Origin: Callorhinchus milii
Taxonomy: Eukaryota
DNA: 64,000 nt
Reading direction: 5' to 3'
Assembly (NCBI RefSeq): GCF_018977255.1
Contig: NW_024704743.1
Span: 22,508,001-22,572,000 of the forward strand
Part shown: positions 38,301 through 52,900 of the stretch, piece after piece
Position numbering within the stretch: the first letter of the stretch is position 1
Layout of the letters: the number at the start of each line of letters is the position of its first letter
Program-made: the position numbers and the translations under genes
The notes under the pieces: model-generated
The model's database searches: none
Told to the model about the DNA's origin: nothing
The model's input: the letters and a program-made list of their open reading frames with translations, nothing else

Positions 38301-40523
38301 CAATTCGGTGTCATTGCTTCTTATTTAAGATATTAGAAAGAAAGAACTCACATTTTTATTATAACTTTTCACATCAAAACAGTGTTTCACAGTTATTTAC
38401 TGTCAAGTATAGTAACTTGTTTGTATAGACAAAACCCATAACCATTTCCACAAATAGTCATGAGGTGAACCACGAATTAATCTGGAGGATTCTTGGTCAG
38501 AACATTAGGAGAAATCTCCCTTTTCAAATAGTGGGATATTTACATCCACCTGAAAGGTAGATAGGATCTTGGTTGATCATTTCATCCNAAAAACAGAAGA
38601 CAATGCAGTATTCTCATCTCTGCGCTGGAGTTTCAGCCGAGACTATGAACTAATTTGCTTCCCGATTTCCCAGCTTGAACTTGCCACCTTGTCTCCCGGA
38701 GTTAAAAGTGCTATCAAATGAGCCAAACTGACTCCCATCATCTTTCTGAATTAAGGTTCTACTATACCATCAAATGTATTTCCTGCGAAGTTATACTCCA
38801 TGAAAATAGTGATTTCACTAAAATTCTGATACAGCTGATAATGAAGGATTGTTTTGGTGCTCTATGATCTTAGTTCAACTTGTCAAAAACTGACAATCAC
38901 ACAAAGCCCGTAGACCTGGACTGGACTAACAAAGTTTCATTCATGATATTGAAAAGATGCCCGAATTACAAAACAAGTACATTCAGAAATTTAAACTTCC
39001 CATTATATTTGAGCTTGAACGATGCAACTCTTCAGAAAATCACTGATATTAATTATAAGAGTTATCTTTATAAGAGTTATTAAGATATCAAAGAGAAAGC
39101 AAAGACCTATTATTGTCATAAGATAATTCTGACTAGAAAAAAAGTTGTATTTTTAAAGTGGCTCATCACATCACAAATCATTTCACAAGTAATTACTGTC
39201 AAGCATAGTGTCTTTTTGTACGCAAATGTGACAGCCATTTGTGCATGGTCCTACAAACAAACAGCCAAGAAATGAAGTGCCAATTAATCTATCTGATGGA
39301 TTGTTTTATACATGTATAGAACAACTACCTCTAGATAGGAGATAGAGATTTGGATATGGGGTTGAATAGTCAGGTGTGGAGCGGCTGCTAGAGAGGAGGA
39401 CGTGAGTGAAACTTGTCTTTTCAAGTCCTGTCATGGGATTTTAACATCTGCTTGAACAACAGACAGGACCTTGGTTTAACAACTCATTCGAAAGGTAATG
39501 CAGGACTCCCCGCTAGACTAAGAACACAATTCCCAACATGGGGCTTGAACCAATAATCTTCTGACCTAGGTGAATCATACTGTTCCAAACTCACTGACAT
39601 AGGAATTGGCATCAAAAATGTCACTTGTGGACAGGAATATAATATAGCATTTACTCATTGCACCACTTCAATTTCCTTTGCTGCAATGCACGTGGGACAC
39701 TAATTTTGGAGAACTCTAGTTCATTCGTATCTCTCTGATTCTTACAACATATCTAGTTACATATTTTATCTTAAATCCTTTGAGCGTTTGCATATACAGT
39801 ATATGCATCTTTTCCAGTACTTTTCAACCAAATTTTACTATTAAAGAACTTCTATTAAAACAAAATAGACTTCATCACAAGTTTATCAAAAAGGTGAGTG
39901 GAAAACCGCGGTGCTGGTGTAAAAGTGGATTATTATAAGATTTTGTATAATTGGCACTTCTTGCCTCGATGTGCTCAAAAAACTTAAAATACTCACCTCC
40001 TCTTCATGAAAACCTCAGCTGTTGCTGAAATTGGAGGTGACATCAACAAGCCATATGCTGAATGCTTCCAGTGACTCAGTTCTAGGTGATGTTCAGCACA
40101 TGACTTTCACATAAATTCTTGCTCTTTAAGTGGCTTATGAGAGTGTGCTCTGATTCATCTGGATTTGTGGTTAAAAAGGGACAGTGGTTACAGAGAGGGT
40201 GAGCTCCAGCCTACACTGATCTGTTACAGAATATTCTACCAATTTGCGTGTCAATTTGCCCAAACCCTACACATAAAAAGGAACCAAGGGATTAAGCAGT
40301 AGGTGTTGAGTAAACCTGGTTGCGGCATTAGACTTGAACATCAAGATAATCAAATATTAGCTCTGTCCTGTACACATCCTCCATCTGAAGACAGATGTCT
40401 GTCGAATAGCTAATGAGGATCTCTGAGGCTTGTAACAACAGCTGCTGGAAGGTATTAACTGGAGGCGTGAACATATGCTCATATATCCAGGACTTGGTAT
40501 CTACCTTATCCTTGCATTTGATA

Positions 40524-40838
40524 TAATAATAATAATCCTTGCATTTGATATAGTGCTTTATAGAATATATTGCTAAGTGAATTGACTGTATATTTTGTGG
40601 GTGAAACACAGCAGCCAATTGCACACAGCAGTGACTACATTTTTTCTGATTTTTTTTTGAAGGGATTATTACCCCGGATAAGCGATCCGCCAATCGACTA
40701 ACAATTGGGTTCCTACTTACTGCTAGGTAAATAGAGACATGCAGAATAAGGAAACTTGCCCAACATTTCGCCCTGCTGGGAATCAAACCCAGGTCCTCTC
40801 GTTTGCGAGGCGAGTGCTCTAACCACTAAACTACAGGA
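40524..40838 (-). mobile_element. tRNA-derived SINE, long subfamily
   Basis: Contains the reverse complement of the central block (GGGTTCCTACTTACTGCTAGGTAAA). Confidence 0.88.
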
Positions 40839-43800
40839 TTATATGTTTAACACCTTTCCTTGATTCTTGTGCAGAGAGATAAGCAAGCTCTATCTCCAAC
40901 TGGTGGAATCAAAGCTCAGTTTGGTGAGGTGGTGTTGAGCGGGAGGGGGGTTAAGCAAGGTCTACTTCAAGCTGAGCTGACTTCAAGGTGAATGAAATGT
41001 TCTTGGTAATGGAATGTTGGAATCAAGCCAACCCTCAGTGGTGGTCTCGGTTGTCCAATTTCTGAGCCAGGTAAGTGTGCAGCGCTTTCAAGTCACTGCT
41101 ACTTCCCGACCAGCAGTGGTCTATAATCAGCAGTGGCTCGTTGGTAGAAGTCAGACTGGGGGCAGTGATTCCTCCCACTTGGTTCCTGTTAACCCTGCAA
41201 GCCCAACCTTTAACAAGTAGAGTAATCCTACCTGGACAAATAGCTGGAAGCTTGTCAAGCAGTACTCCGAATAACAAGCTTTGCAGTTTTAGTTGCTTAT
41301 CCTGTTTGTGTTAGTTTTCTTGCTCAAGATTTCATTTGGATTGCTCTAATCAGCATTTTTTTACACACACACTCTTGCCATCTATTCTATTGCTCTTGTC
41401 TTACAGTTTCTCATTAATGCCAACCGACTAACCTCAGTTTGAGGGACCAGAACAATAAGTGAATTAACATTAGTGTGAGATTAAGGATCATGTGTAAGAA
41501 CAGTGATGAGAAATTGAGTAATGAAAGCAATAGGTAATTCAACATAATGGTAAATTGCAAGCTAAGTGAGACTGATAATGAAAAATAGAGGGAGAAGAGC
41601 AATTGGTGAATTCACACCCGCCAGAAATTGTGAAAATGAGATGCTCAGCAAAGACCTGGAAGCAAAAGATTGCCGAGCTACAAAAACACCAGCTTGCATT
41701 TATATATCCTCCCCTTCATGCGGGGTATTCTCGGAGCTAGCGATCAATCAGCGGTGGACAAAGTAGAAGCAGATAAACCTGAGGAAACAAACTCATTAAT
41801 CACAGAACAAATGATTTAGTAGTCAATAAAGTTATTAGAATGTCATGTGTTGGGAAAATCCAATACATCAAGTTGTTAAAAAGAATCGTTTGATGCCAAT
41901 ATCTTTTTGGAAAGGCATAGAATCAATATTGTAGAAATAATCAACAACCCAAGGTGCGTCATGGATTCTGTTGAAATATTGGAGTAACCTGGAAAAATCA
42001 AATAATGATCCATATATAACCTGCGTTTGTGATAGATTAACTTTTTTAAATAGAAAATGAGTATTTACTAACGTTTTTTTGACTCGAAAGTCATTGCTTT
42101 TATATATTTTAATGGTTTGAAGGTACTTTGTCCTTGAAGTGTTAACCTTGTCATTGGAGGTGTTCTTTGATTAGGAATATCAAATAATGTTAATAAGACA
42201 GCCATGTAAAAGAGGTGGTAGTGATGAAACTTACTTTGCAAAAGTTTCTTCTTAGGAAGAAACAAAGGGGAACAGAGGTTTCCTCATTTATAATAATAAT
42301 CCTTGCATTTGATATAGCGCTTTATCACATCTTCGAGACATCTCAAAGCGCTTCACAGAGTACACTGTAAAGTGAATTGACTGAATTTATGACTGGTTTG
42401 CTACCTATGGTCTGAAAGAAATGAAGATGAGTATTTGGGAGCACTATATAATGGCACAGGAAGGGAAAGGTTACATGGTTCTGTCTTGAGAAAGTCGTTA
42501 AGGGACAGTCATCCCTAGTACTTGTTGGTGTGCTGATGACTGTCTAAATGACATGCAGAGGATGGTAACTTCAGAAGACTGAGGAAAACTATGCCTAAAG
42601 GTGAGCAAATTGTAAGTGTCTGCTTTTCGTTTTACATACAAGGTCTTATAGATTCTCTCAAATTATCCTTTAAGACCTTTTATGGATTCTGAGAAGAAGA
42701 ATGAAAAATGCAAAACCAAATAAGTGTTTTGTGAACCGATTGCTCTGTGAATTCATATAAACTGTTAGCAGATTTGAATTGTAGAATTATTTATTTTGTT
42801 TAAAAAAGCAGCAGTTTAGATGTGATAGTTGTATTTTGGTTTTTAGTAAGCGGGGCACAGTTGGAGGTCGCTATTACCAGTGAGGTATTCTGTTATGTAC
42901 CTTTTTAATAAAAAAAGAGTAACTTTCAGCTAATGTATTTAAATAGAATGTGTATTACATTTCATATATTTATGAATAGCCTTCTGAAACCTAAATTACA
43001 TTTTCAAGAAGGATCATTGTAGACTGGCAATTACAATCGGATACGTTCTTGAGTTGAACCACATGATGATATTACACACCCAGTTGTTACTCGTGTGACC
43101 TTTTGTGTGCAGAATGCAGTGCTTTTGGGCATTGCTTACAGAATTCATTTTTCAAAAGTTTATTCAAAATTTCATTAAAGTGTATCCGACGGATGTTTAA
43201 ATGAACATTTATGATGACCTTTATGGAAGCTAGCTATATTAGAAAGTTCCATTAATGTATTATTGGTGTATTCAGGAGATGAAAAATGACACACAGATCA
43301 ACCTTTTAAGAGTTATTGACCCAGCACACAAAAATCAGTTTGATTAAATTTCACCTTTTTGAAGTCTAACCGCAGCAAATCATTCATAGAATTAAACAGA
43401 ATAATTAAAGCATTATTAGCAGTGATAAATCACAGCTAACATATTAAAAATGCAAATAATAATAAACATGCATTGTGGCACCACCATAGTTCTTTATTGT
43501 GATTCAGTTGACAGTAAAATAATATTTAGTGGCAAAAAGATTTCACACCAAACATTCAGATAGCAGCAGTATTGATCTTGTTCATTTTAGTTTACAAAAC
43601 ATTGTTTTGTTGATGTTAGTAGTTACTGCTCTTTGCCTTTTATTTCACTAACATTTTTGAGAAAGCTGTGATGCATGTTTCACTGTAGTGGTCCTTGTCA
43701 GTCTTGCATATTTATTTAATTTGCTCGCCTTAGCCAAACTGGATTATGTCCGTTTATAAATTCAGAACTGCTACCTTACTACTGTATTAATTTTCTTTAT

Positions 43801-46800
43801 GAATTGTTCTTTTTCATCCATATATTTTTGTCCTTGAAAACATAAACCTGGTAAATTAAACCCTGGTATAACATACAAGGTTCAAATGGCTACCATTGAG
43901 TAATAAACCAGCATCCTTTCATGACTTTAGTGCATTGTGACAGCTAAATTCATTCACCAGACCGAAAGAAACGATCAGAGAATACTGTACAAATAAGTTG
44001 GCATATGTTGAAATAAAACATAAAAATTACATTTCATAGCGTTTGCACACAAGCCATTCAGTCAATTCACTTTAAAGTATATTCTGTAAAGCATTTGAGA
44101 TGCCTAGAAGACGCGAAAAGGCGCGATATCAAATGCAAGGAATATTATTATAGTTGCCACTTTACCAGCCAAAACACTTATCAGAACTGCTCCCCAATCA
44201 ACAATCTCACCATTTACTGTACATGCTTTAGATTACCGTTCTTCCAGCAAAATGGCCATATGTTGCTTGTAGCATAAGCTTCCTTCAGTGAAGTAAAGCT
44301 CATTGAGAGCTCCAAAACTCACATTCTCTGTCACTAGCCTTCACCTGACCATCACCCCAGCCTCATCAAGCGCTCCTGCTCCTTGTCCTTCTTCCTCTTC
44401 AAGATCCTGTTGCTGATGCTCAAATTTCTCTTAACCCACATCTGCAATCTCCTCCAGTCCATTTCTTCCACAGACTCCCTTTGTTCTGGAAATTCAGGTC
44501 AGCTACATATTCTTCATCTTCCCTGACCCACTGTTGGTGGCTGAATCTCCTCTCCCCCCGGAACATCCTTACAAAATTCCTTTGAGACCCTTTCTTCCAA
44601 CTACATAAAAGCCTATTTTCGTTGCCTTTGGTCACCTTCCCTCTCCCTTCTCTTCCTACTTTGCTCATTGTCCCACACCACCCAAGGCTCTGCGATCACC
44701 CCCATCTTGCCAGACTCTGTTGGCTCCCAAACCCCCAGGAGATCAACTATAAGATCCTCATCCTTACATTCAGTGCCTCCATGGCCTAGTCCCACCCTAC
44801 CTCTAAGAATTCCTTTAGTGCTACTCCTCCTACTTTGACTTAATTTATATCCCGCACCCACTGTCCCACCATCGTCCATCTCACCATAGTTACTCAAACC
44901 TAACCTTCTCCAGTGGATAAAGCATGTACTTTAACTCCAATATGAGTAAACATGTGGTCCACACTTAATGCCAAAGGGATAGATCCCAATGAGAAGCCAC
45001 CTTCCAGAGTTTGAATAACAAAGTGAAGATATTTGAGAATCAAGTTTCTTTTATAATAATAATCCTTGCATTTGATATAGCGCTTTTCACATCTTCTAGA
45101 CTTATTAAAGCGCTTCACAGAATGGACTGTAAAGTGAATTGACTATATTTGAAGCTCAGTAGGATGGTCCCCCGACAGCTCTTTAATTGTGCAAAACTGC
45201 TTCACCAAGTATTTCTTTAAATTTAAATTCTGCTCCCCTGAAAATTGCTTTTGTAAAATAACACTGGAAATGTTAACATTGACGGTAATAGAAGTAACAA
45301 AGAAATAGACTGCTGCGAGCCTGAGTAACTGAAGCTCGCCCACTCCCCTTGCACAGTTAGCAAAGTGGTTGTAAAAAGTAATGTAAGAAATATTTAGACC
45401 TCACACCTCGCCTTTACACAGTCAAACAGCAGCTTGAGCATCAAACCTCCTGGCACCTTTCTTGCCGAAATCTTTCTTCCATCTGCTCTCATCTTCTGTT
45501 CTGTGCACCTCCTCATCTTGGGCAACTTTAACCCCTCGCTCTCTCATGTCTGCCTACTTTGTGCCCTCCTCTCCTCCTTCAAATTAGTTTTCTCAGGCTA
45601 TTCCTTTACCTCTCTCACCTTCCGTACTGCCTCCCTGCTGCCAAGCCCTCTACCATTTTCTTCCATCCTTGGAAAAAATATACTTCATTATGCCCTCACA
45701 AATGCACTCCAGTTTTCCGAACTTCTCCCTCTCTGGCCTCTGCTTATCTTGACATCAACGCTTCTATTGAGCTGCTCAATAACACCCTTGAATCCATCCA
45801 CATTCCCCCACATCCCCATTAAATCCTGATCTGCTTTCTATCGCCCAACCTCCCCAGTCCCTTGTTTCCCGCCTCCAAACCCAAATTCAAGGCAGTCATA
45901 GAGTCAAAAATCAACAAAACCCAGTCAGCTGCTTCTGCTTCCTCACCCGCTTCAAGTTGCAGGTAATTCACTTGCCCATATCATCTTTCCTGCTTGATGG
46001 ATCTTTGCAGCCCCTGTTATCTCCTGCACTAGTCTCTGCAATCCCATTACCCCCATTCTAACCTGGCTCTCTCTTAGCCTTGCCGACTCCATCTTTGTAC
46101 AGTGCTTTGAGGCGCTTTCTCTATTTAGAAGTATGTGCAAATTGTTACAGTTCAGTTGTTTTGGAAAAGATTTTACTCTGATAACTTCTAATACCTTAAG
46201 GAAGCTCCATGCAGGTACACCCTGATACCTATCCCAAAGGGTGAGACCGAGGGTTTCAGTTGCCGCATCTGGTTGCAGTTTTCAGTTAAAGCAGCAGTTT
46301 TTATATTGCGTCAGTGTGAAAGTAAGTGCACCCTGCCAGTATTTGAGAATGTCCTCTCTATTATTAAACTTTCCCAAATGTTGGCATAATTGTATTCCTT
46401 TCATTGTGATTAGTGCAAAGCTCCTGGAGACCCAGCTTGTCAGTGGGGAAGACTGGTCAACCAACTATGAAAGGATTGTTTGGGAACGATCCTCTCAGCC
46501 TCTTTCAGACCAGCAACAATCCTCAAACTCATTACCGAACAATCCTGCAGACCAGGTTCTTGGTTGTTACTATTCTCTCAGGAGGAAGTGAAGGGATGCA
46601 AGTCAATATTTATGCTGTTATTGTTTCTTTTCTGCTGATATAGCTTCAGATTAATTGTCTTGGCTGATATTTTTCCTACTAGAACTGAAGGGAACATAAG
46701 GAATTTGGAATGCAATACAGTATTAGGTTGTATTAGGCAGATCTCATGGCCCTAGAGAGTGATGATGGAGATAAGCCTATTGGAAGTTAGCCTAAGAGAA

Positions 46801-47695
46801 GGAAACATGTTTTTTTGACACACTTACAAGGGGTACTGTGCCAGAAACCATAGCTTTGGTGGCAATATAAGGTTCTAACATGAGGAGATTCACAAATAAT
46901 GACCAACTGGTACCCAGAAGTGCGACCTATCCTGTGAGAATTCTACAGACACAAGATCATGCACAAGTGCTGTTGTCACTGCTGTGAAATCTGTCACGTA
47001 ATGTCAATCAAGGAAATTCTCTGCACCAGACACTTTCTGTTATATAAGTGTGGCCATATTTAATTATAGATCATTGATTGTACACTAGAATGGATTTCTT
47101 GAGCAATGTCATTACACAGCTCTCATTCTCTCGTGATGCCTCGTTGGCCCTGCTTATTCCTACTCCCTTTCTCCAAAACTCCCATTAAAATCCAGTCGCC
47201 TTCCCCCAGGAAAGAAATTAACTACTTTGTACAAGCTCAAATAAAAACTATTCTTTCCTCCCTGTTATCAACAAAAAATACATTTCACATTGTTCTATAA
47301 CACACACACACATACAGAACACTGTTAACCCCTTCCCTCCTCCCACCTTACCACCACACTGTTAACCAACTCCCCCGCAATTTCCCCATAGCCTTGCAAA
47401 TTTTTTCTTTTCAAGTATATGTTCAATTCCCTTTTGAAAGTTATTATTGAATCTGCTTCCACCACCCTTTCAGGCAGTGCATTCTGGATTGTAGATAGCA
47501 CACACAAGTACAAAAATGGGTTTAACACAGGCCCTTTGACAATAAGAGCCCGGATTCAAAATGTAGAATATTTGATTTTGTTTTTTAAAAAACTGCAATG
47601 CAATCACTAAAATTGAATGGCATTCAGAATTCTGGTCAAAGTTTGGCTTTAGGTTTGAGTTATTAAACCAACATGATCTGTGAAAATATTTCATA

Positions 47696-47873
47696 CAGTA
47701 AAGTCCTGATAACTCATCCCTGGCTTAACTTGTCACTACTATTTAAATCATCATGCTGTCAATATCCTGGCCACATTTATTTATGTATTTATACAAATGC
47801 CTAACTCGCCACTCTGGATAACTCATCACTGAGCCCTTTTCCCTTGAAATGAAGCGTTCTCAGGAGTTTACTG
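47696..47873. mobile_element. Tc1/mariner-type MITE, 178 bp, TA TSD
   Basis: TA|CAGTAAAGTCCTGATAAC ... GTTCTCAGGAGTTTACTG|TA (16/18 TIR match). Confidence 0.85.
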
Positions 47874-48019
47874 TATTTTCTTTTGCTATTCCCATATATA
47901 TGCTCTGTTTCACTCTTCTCCGTGGATTTAGATATGTGAAAATTGTTGTAACGTAATTAGAGGTTTCAATAGGTTAAAAAATGCCACTTCCACAAATGCC
48001 ATCAAATTGCGGTTTCTAC

Positions 48020-48480
48020 ATCCGTATCCTCATCCACACCAAACTTGGCACCCCCATCACCCCAGACCTTGCCGGCCTCTATTGGCTTCCTGCTAGAATG
48101 GATTGATTTCAAGGTCCTCACACTCAAAAATCACATCATGCCCTAGCAGCTCCCTGTCTCTCCAGCTTGCTAACATGCCAATCCTCTGCCCGACTTGGCC
48201 TTATGCGCGTCTCCGACCTCTCTGCTCCACCATCAACACAATGCCTTCTGCCATTAACCCCCAAGTCTCTGGAATTCCCTGCTGCAACCCCTCTGCCTTC
48301 CCCCTGCACCCATCCCCCTCCCTTGCACATCTTCAGATGGCACCTGAAGACTTCCCTCTTTGACCCTCTCCTACAGTCACCCTCTCCTTTCTCCGTGGCT
48401 TGGCATCAAAATACACCATTGTTCAGCACTTTGAGACGTTACCCTACATGAAGGGTGTTATATAAATGCAAGTTGTTTTT
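48020..48480 (+). mobile_element. Degraded L2 3' fragment. Others at about 2085-2400(+), 10805-11100(-), 44300-44900(+), 45430-46130(+), 59030-59300(+), 59920-60210(-)
   Basis: C-rich L2-like sequence ending in ATAAATGCAAGTTGTT-type tails. Confidence 0.65.
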
Positions 48481-49443
48481 GTGCATTTGTTAAATTGCCG
48501 TGCCGGATTATATTCCTTCCCCCCCAACCCAATTTTATTCACATTTTGAATTCTCACTCTGATTAGGTGTTGGGACCACTATCTTACCTATAGCTAACCC
48601 AAATGCACAACATGAATGTATAAATCCAGTTAGTGAACTTCAACAAGTTATTTAATTGTAAAGTATGTAAGAACAGGAACTGGCTTTTTTGCCCCATTGA
48701 GCCTGATCCATCATTTTATTAAATCACACCAGGGAAGAGCCTGCTTCTGTCTTTATCTGGAGGACCCAGATTTTTAAGCGGCACTCTATTGGATAATGTT
48801 CATGAGTAGAAAACCTGGTAGATATTTTCTTCTCCCCTTCCTGCTATGTCACTATTATTGCCCTGTCTTGAGATCAGCCAACTTGGCACACAATCGAGAT
48901 CTGGATTAAAAACTGGGATCTTCCAATTCTGAATAGTTCAACACTTCAGTGAATGTGGCAGCTGAGCCATTGGAGTCGTGTAATTCTTATATTTTTTAAT
49001 AAAGATTCTGCAGAAAACTTTGGACACTATCTTCTCCTTTGTAGATCACTATCGGAAATCTCCAATATGTGATCCTAAAGATTTTTTATATTTTAAAAAT
49101 GAAAATCACAGTTTAAGAACATAATATTGGGTGAAGGAAACTAAGATGAGCAATATAGTATATTATACACACAGATATACTATATATGCTTGATTTATTT
49201 TCTCTCTTATCGTCCATGATGAGCATAAGTTTACTCGCTAGAAGCAGTTTATGTTGTAAGGTCCTTTTTTTCTGGTGTCCTGCCAGAAGGAAGGAAGCAA
49301 CTATGAACACAATATTAATTATTGTACATTGAGAGATTCAACTATTAAAATGAAGGTTAAAGACTTCTATGTAAAGTTATCCAAAAATATTTCTGCTAGT
49401 CGTTCAGAAGAGGCTGAATAATTTCTCCTGTTTTCAAACGCAG

Positions 49444-49939
49444 GTGGTGCTTCCAACATTTATCCTGGAGAAGAGATCATTGCTGGAAATGTATGCAAAT
49501 TTCATGGCCCATGCAGACATGTTTGTGTCAATCACATCAGGTACCACACCCGAAGACCGAATTATCCGCTTTATGGAATACTACCTGACTGCTTTCCACG
49601 AGGGACGAAAAGGAGCAGTTGCAAAGAAACCCTACAATCCAATAATTGGAGAGACGTTTCATTGCTCTTGGGATGTGCCTGAGGAAAAAGTGAAAGCCAA
49701 CAAGGCTAGCAACACTTTAGCTATTGCCAAGGACAAACCCAAGCCCCAGGCCTTGGACTCCAGCAAGGACCAGACAGATTGCTATAGAGTGAGATTTGTA
49801 GCCGAGCAGGTTTCCCACCATCCACCTGTTTCAGGTTTTTACTGCGAATGCAAAGAGCGGAAAATTTCTGTGAATGCACATGTGTGGACCAAGAGCAAAT
49901 TCATGGGAATGTCCATAGGGGTCACCATGGCAGGAGAAG
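49444..49939 (+). CDS. OSBPL10: ORP10 ORD exon ([17 protein letters not shown]...EQVSHHPP...GVTMAGE)
   Basis: aaacgcag acceptor, GAAG|gtatga donor, 496 nt, phase 0-1. Contains the OSBP signature EQVSHHPP. Confidence 0.96.
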
Positions 49940-52900
49940 GTATGAGCAATTCCCAATCCATTTATTGTTTATTATAATAATGATAATAATCCTTGCATTT
50001 GATATAGTGCATTATCACATCTTTGAGACGTCTCAAAGTGCTTCACAGAATCTGCTGTAAAGTGAATTGACGATATTTATAGACGAAACGCGGCAGCCAA
50101 TTGCGCACAGCAATGTCCCACAAAGAGTCGTGGATTGAAGAGACCAATTTATGCCACAAAGGAACCCCGCTATTAAGCGATTGTTGGGATCCAAATATGT
50201 CAACCTGTGTTATAATGCAAAATAGCTGCCACTGATCAATACCTCCTGGTTTGTGGCAATGTAACTGGGTTGGACTGCTAACGTGTGCAGAAAACCTGAC
50301 CGTTATCGTGATGAACAACCAAACCTCCTTGCGCTATTCTTGTGATAATGGTACATTCATTCATGCATTGATGTCACAAAATGTCAGGGTCCATCACCTG
50401 CCCACCCTATAGAAGTGGCAGTGCTATACTGAAGGCTGCTATAACAGGGTTCACCAGTATTTAAGTGCACTACAGTCAACTGTTTATTATTAGTATAATA
50501 GTAGTGTTATTAGAGATTAATATGAGGCTTTTAAAGCCAATTTTAGCCTCCGTTTGAACAGTTAATATCAAAATCCAAGGTAATGTTTGTTTGGGTTTAG
50601 TTCATTATTTAAATAGGTAAAAATCTTTATAAAATCCTTGCGTTTGATATAATGCCCTCTCACGTCATTGAGTCATCTCGAAGCACTTCACAGGATACAC
50701 AGTACTGAAAAGTGATATGACTCTATTTTGTGGGCGAACTGAGCAGCAAATTTGCACACTGCAGTGAATAATTTGTGAAGGAGACATTTGTACCGATTCC
50801 TGACTTAAAAATAAATCTGAGTTGTGTAAGAACAGCAGTCCTGACACTTTAAGCAAAGAATACCTTCCGTGCAAGTTTAAAACATAATGCAAGCTGAATC
50901 AGTGGTAAAATTTTCCATAAATATTTGAAACAAATTGATTTTCTTATATGTAGATTATGCATCATTGCTTTATTTTGCTCAAACCTTGTTTCTAAAGCAG
51001 TGGATGTAACACAGTAACTTTCAAACAGTTAACAAATACTCAATGTTGGACAGAGATAATTCAGGAAGAACATTCTTCACATTGCTATAAAATCTGGCTT
51101 CTGCTTGCATTGAACCCCTTTTTTGCTTCACTCACATAAATTTGCCAAAGGTTCTGCCCACTCACTGTTGGTGTGAATTGTGTTCTCTGTTGGAAAACCG
51201 CTTCTGTGTCTGCAACTGAAAAGCAGAATATGATTTTAATAACAAATTAACGGTGAGCTAATGAGGGAAATGAATTTGTGTTAACTCTTTTATCAGTTTA
51301 TTGCCATCCCAGCAATTGTGGCTCATATACACATTGTACAAAACACGTTAAACATTCATGCATATATAAATTTATAATTTGTGCAGATTATAATCTATAT
51401 AACAATGAGATAACTTCCAATACTACTTCAAGGTCGTTGGTTAACTAAAGTCTAACCCATCAAAAGTAGGAAACCATAAACAACGTAATGGTCAGTAATG
51501 CTAAGTTTCGTTCCCTCACTCCTCTCCATAGCATTTCTTAAAAAGTACCTCTTCCACCACACTTTTGTCTCTGACCGCGCTTTTGGTCATCTTTCCCCTG
51601 CTCAGCCCGTTCACCTCTCACACTCAGTTTTGGTGCCCAGCTGGCATTGTCAAGCTCTTTGAGACGTTCTTGTGATGTGAAAGAGCTATATAAATTGTGT
51701 TGTATATTTTGTGTAGAATAAACGTCTACTATATCCAGTGAGATCATAAAGATGGGAACATAGGATAGAAAATGCACAGAATAGAAAAAGAACAATTGGA
51801 TCTCAGTCACAAGTTTATTTCTTTTTAAACTCTTACACGACTTTTCAGCAGTTGAATTTGTAAATAGCTATCTAATTCCCTATTGAATTTGCCACAATTT
51901 GCCTACACAGTATGCTTTCATTGAATAATCTAGTCCACGGATTCACCACTCTTGTCTAAAATAATTAAGTCTGAGGAGTCTCGCATCTGAGGTTTGAGAT
52001 AATATTCATAAAAACACTTCAACTTCTCGATCTCTCCAACGTTAATTTAACTTGTATTATTTCTTTAAACTTGTATGGAAGGTTTTCGTTGCTTAAAATG
52101 CCAAGACTGCTGTCATTACATAAGGATTATTCTTTATTATTATAAAAGTTTACTATCCTCCTGGGGTGTGGGGGTGTTGGGGGTGGGGGTCGGATTCAAG
52201 TGGAGGGGGGTTGGTTGCTGAACCTGCTCCAGGGTCATGTGTCTGCCAATTGAATAGTTTTTGACTAGTTATTTTATTTCCCAAACATTGTTGGCTTTTT
52301 AAAAGAGAAAATAAATTTAAATTATTACAGGTTGTGCCTTCTAGGCATTTGTGTCTGGGGGGAAATGCATGATATGACAAAGTGATGTGCATCGGTCTCC
52401 ACTGATGATCAAGGCTGATTCTTAAGCATGTTAATTAGATCATCCGTATGTTCATTTTCTCTCCATATATCTTTTGATATTCACATTATTTTTGCGTAAA
52501 TAGTGTGGATTTTAAATTCAAGCTAGAACACTGTAGCATTATTCTCAGAATGCAGCTCAAATTACATCTGATTGATGAGCAGACAAGCTAAGCTGCGTTG
52601 AAACAAATTCTAAATAATGAAACAGTTACGATGGGTTAAACTAATGTCTACTTGTTTACCATTTAGTAATAATCGTCATCATCGGAAGAAACTCCCTTCT
52701 ATTTTCCAATAGTGTGATGAGATTTTTAACGCAGGGTGCAGGTATACTTCCACTGTGAAACTCCAGTATGTAGTGAGTCAATGCCGACATCACGAGGGGA
52801 CTAGGAGTTACGGTGAAGCAGGTAAAGCTGCTGCTCACTAAAATGACTTGGCCCGGAACGAGCAGCCCTACACTACTTGCGGCAGTCCTTCCTAACAAAC

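Noticed and set aside
29134..38588. Ambiguous bases (n) at 29134 and 38588
   Set aside because: Both adjoin A-runs; sequencing or assembly artefacts, not biology.
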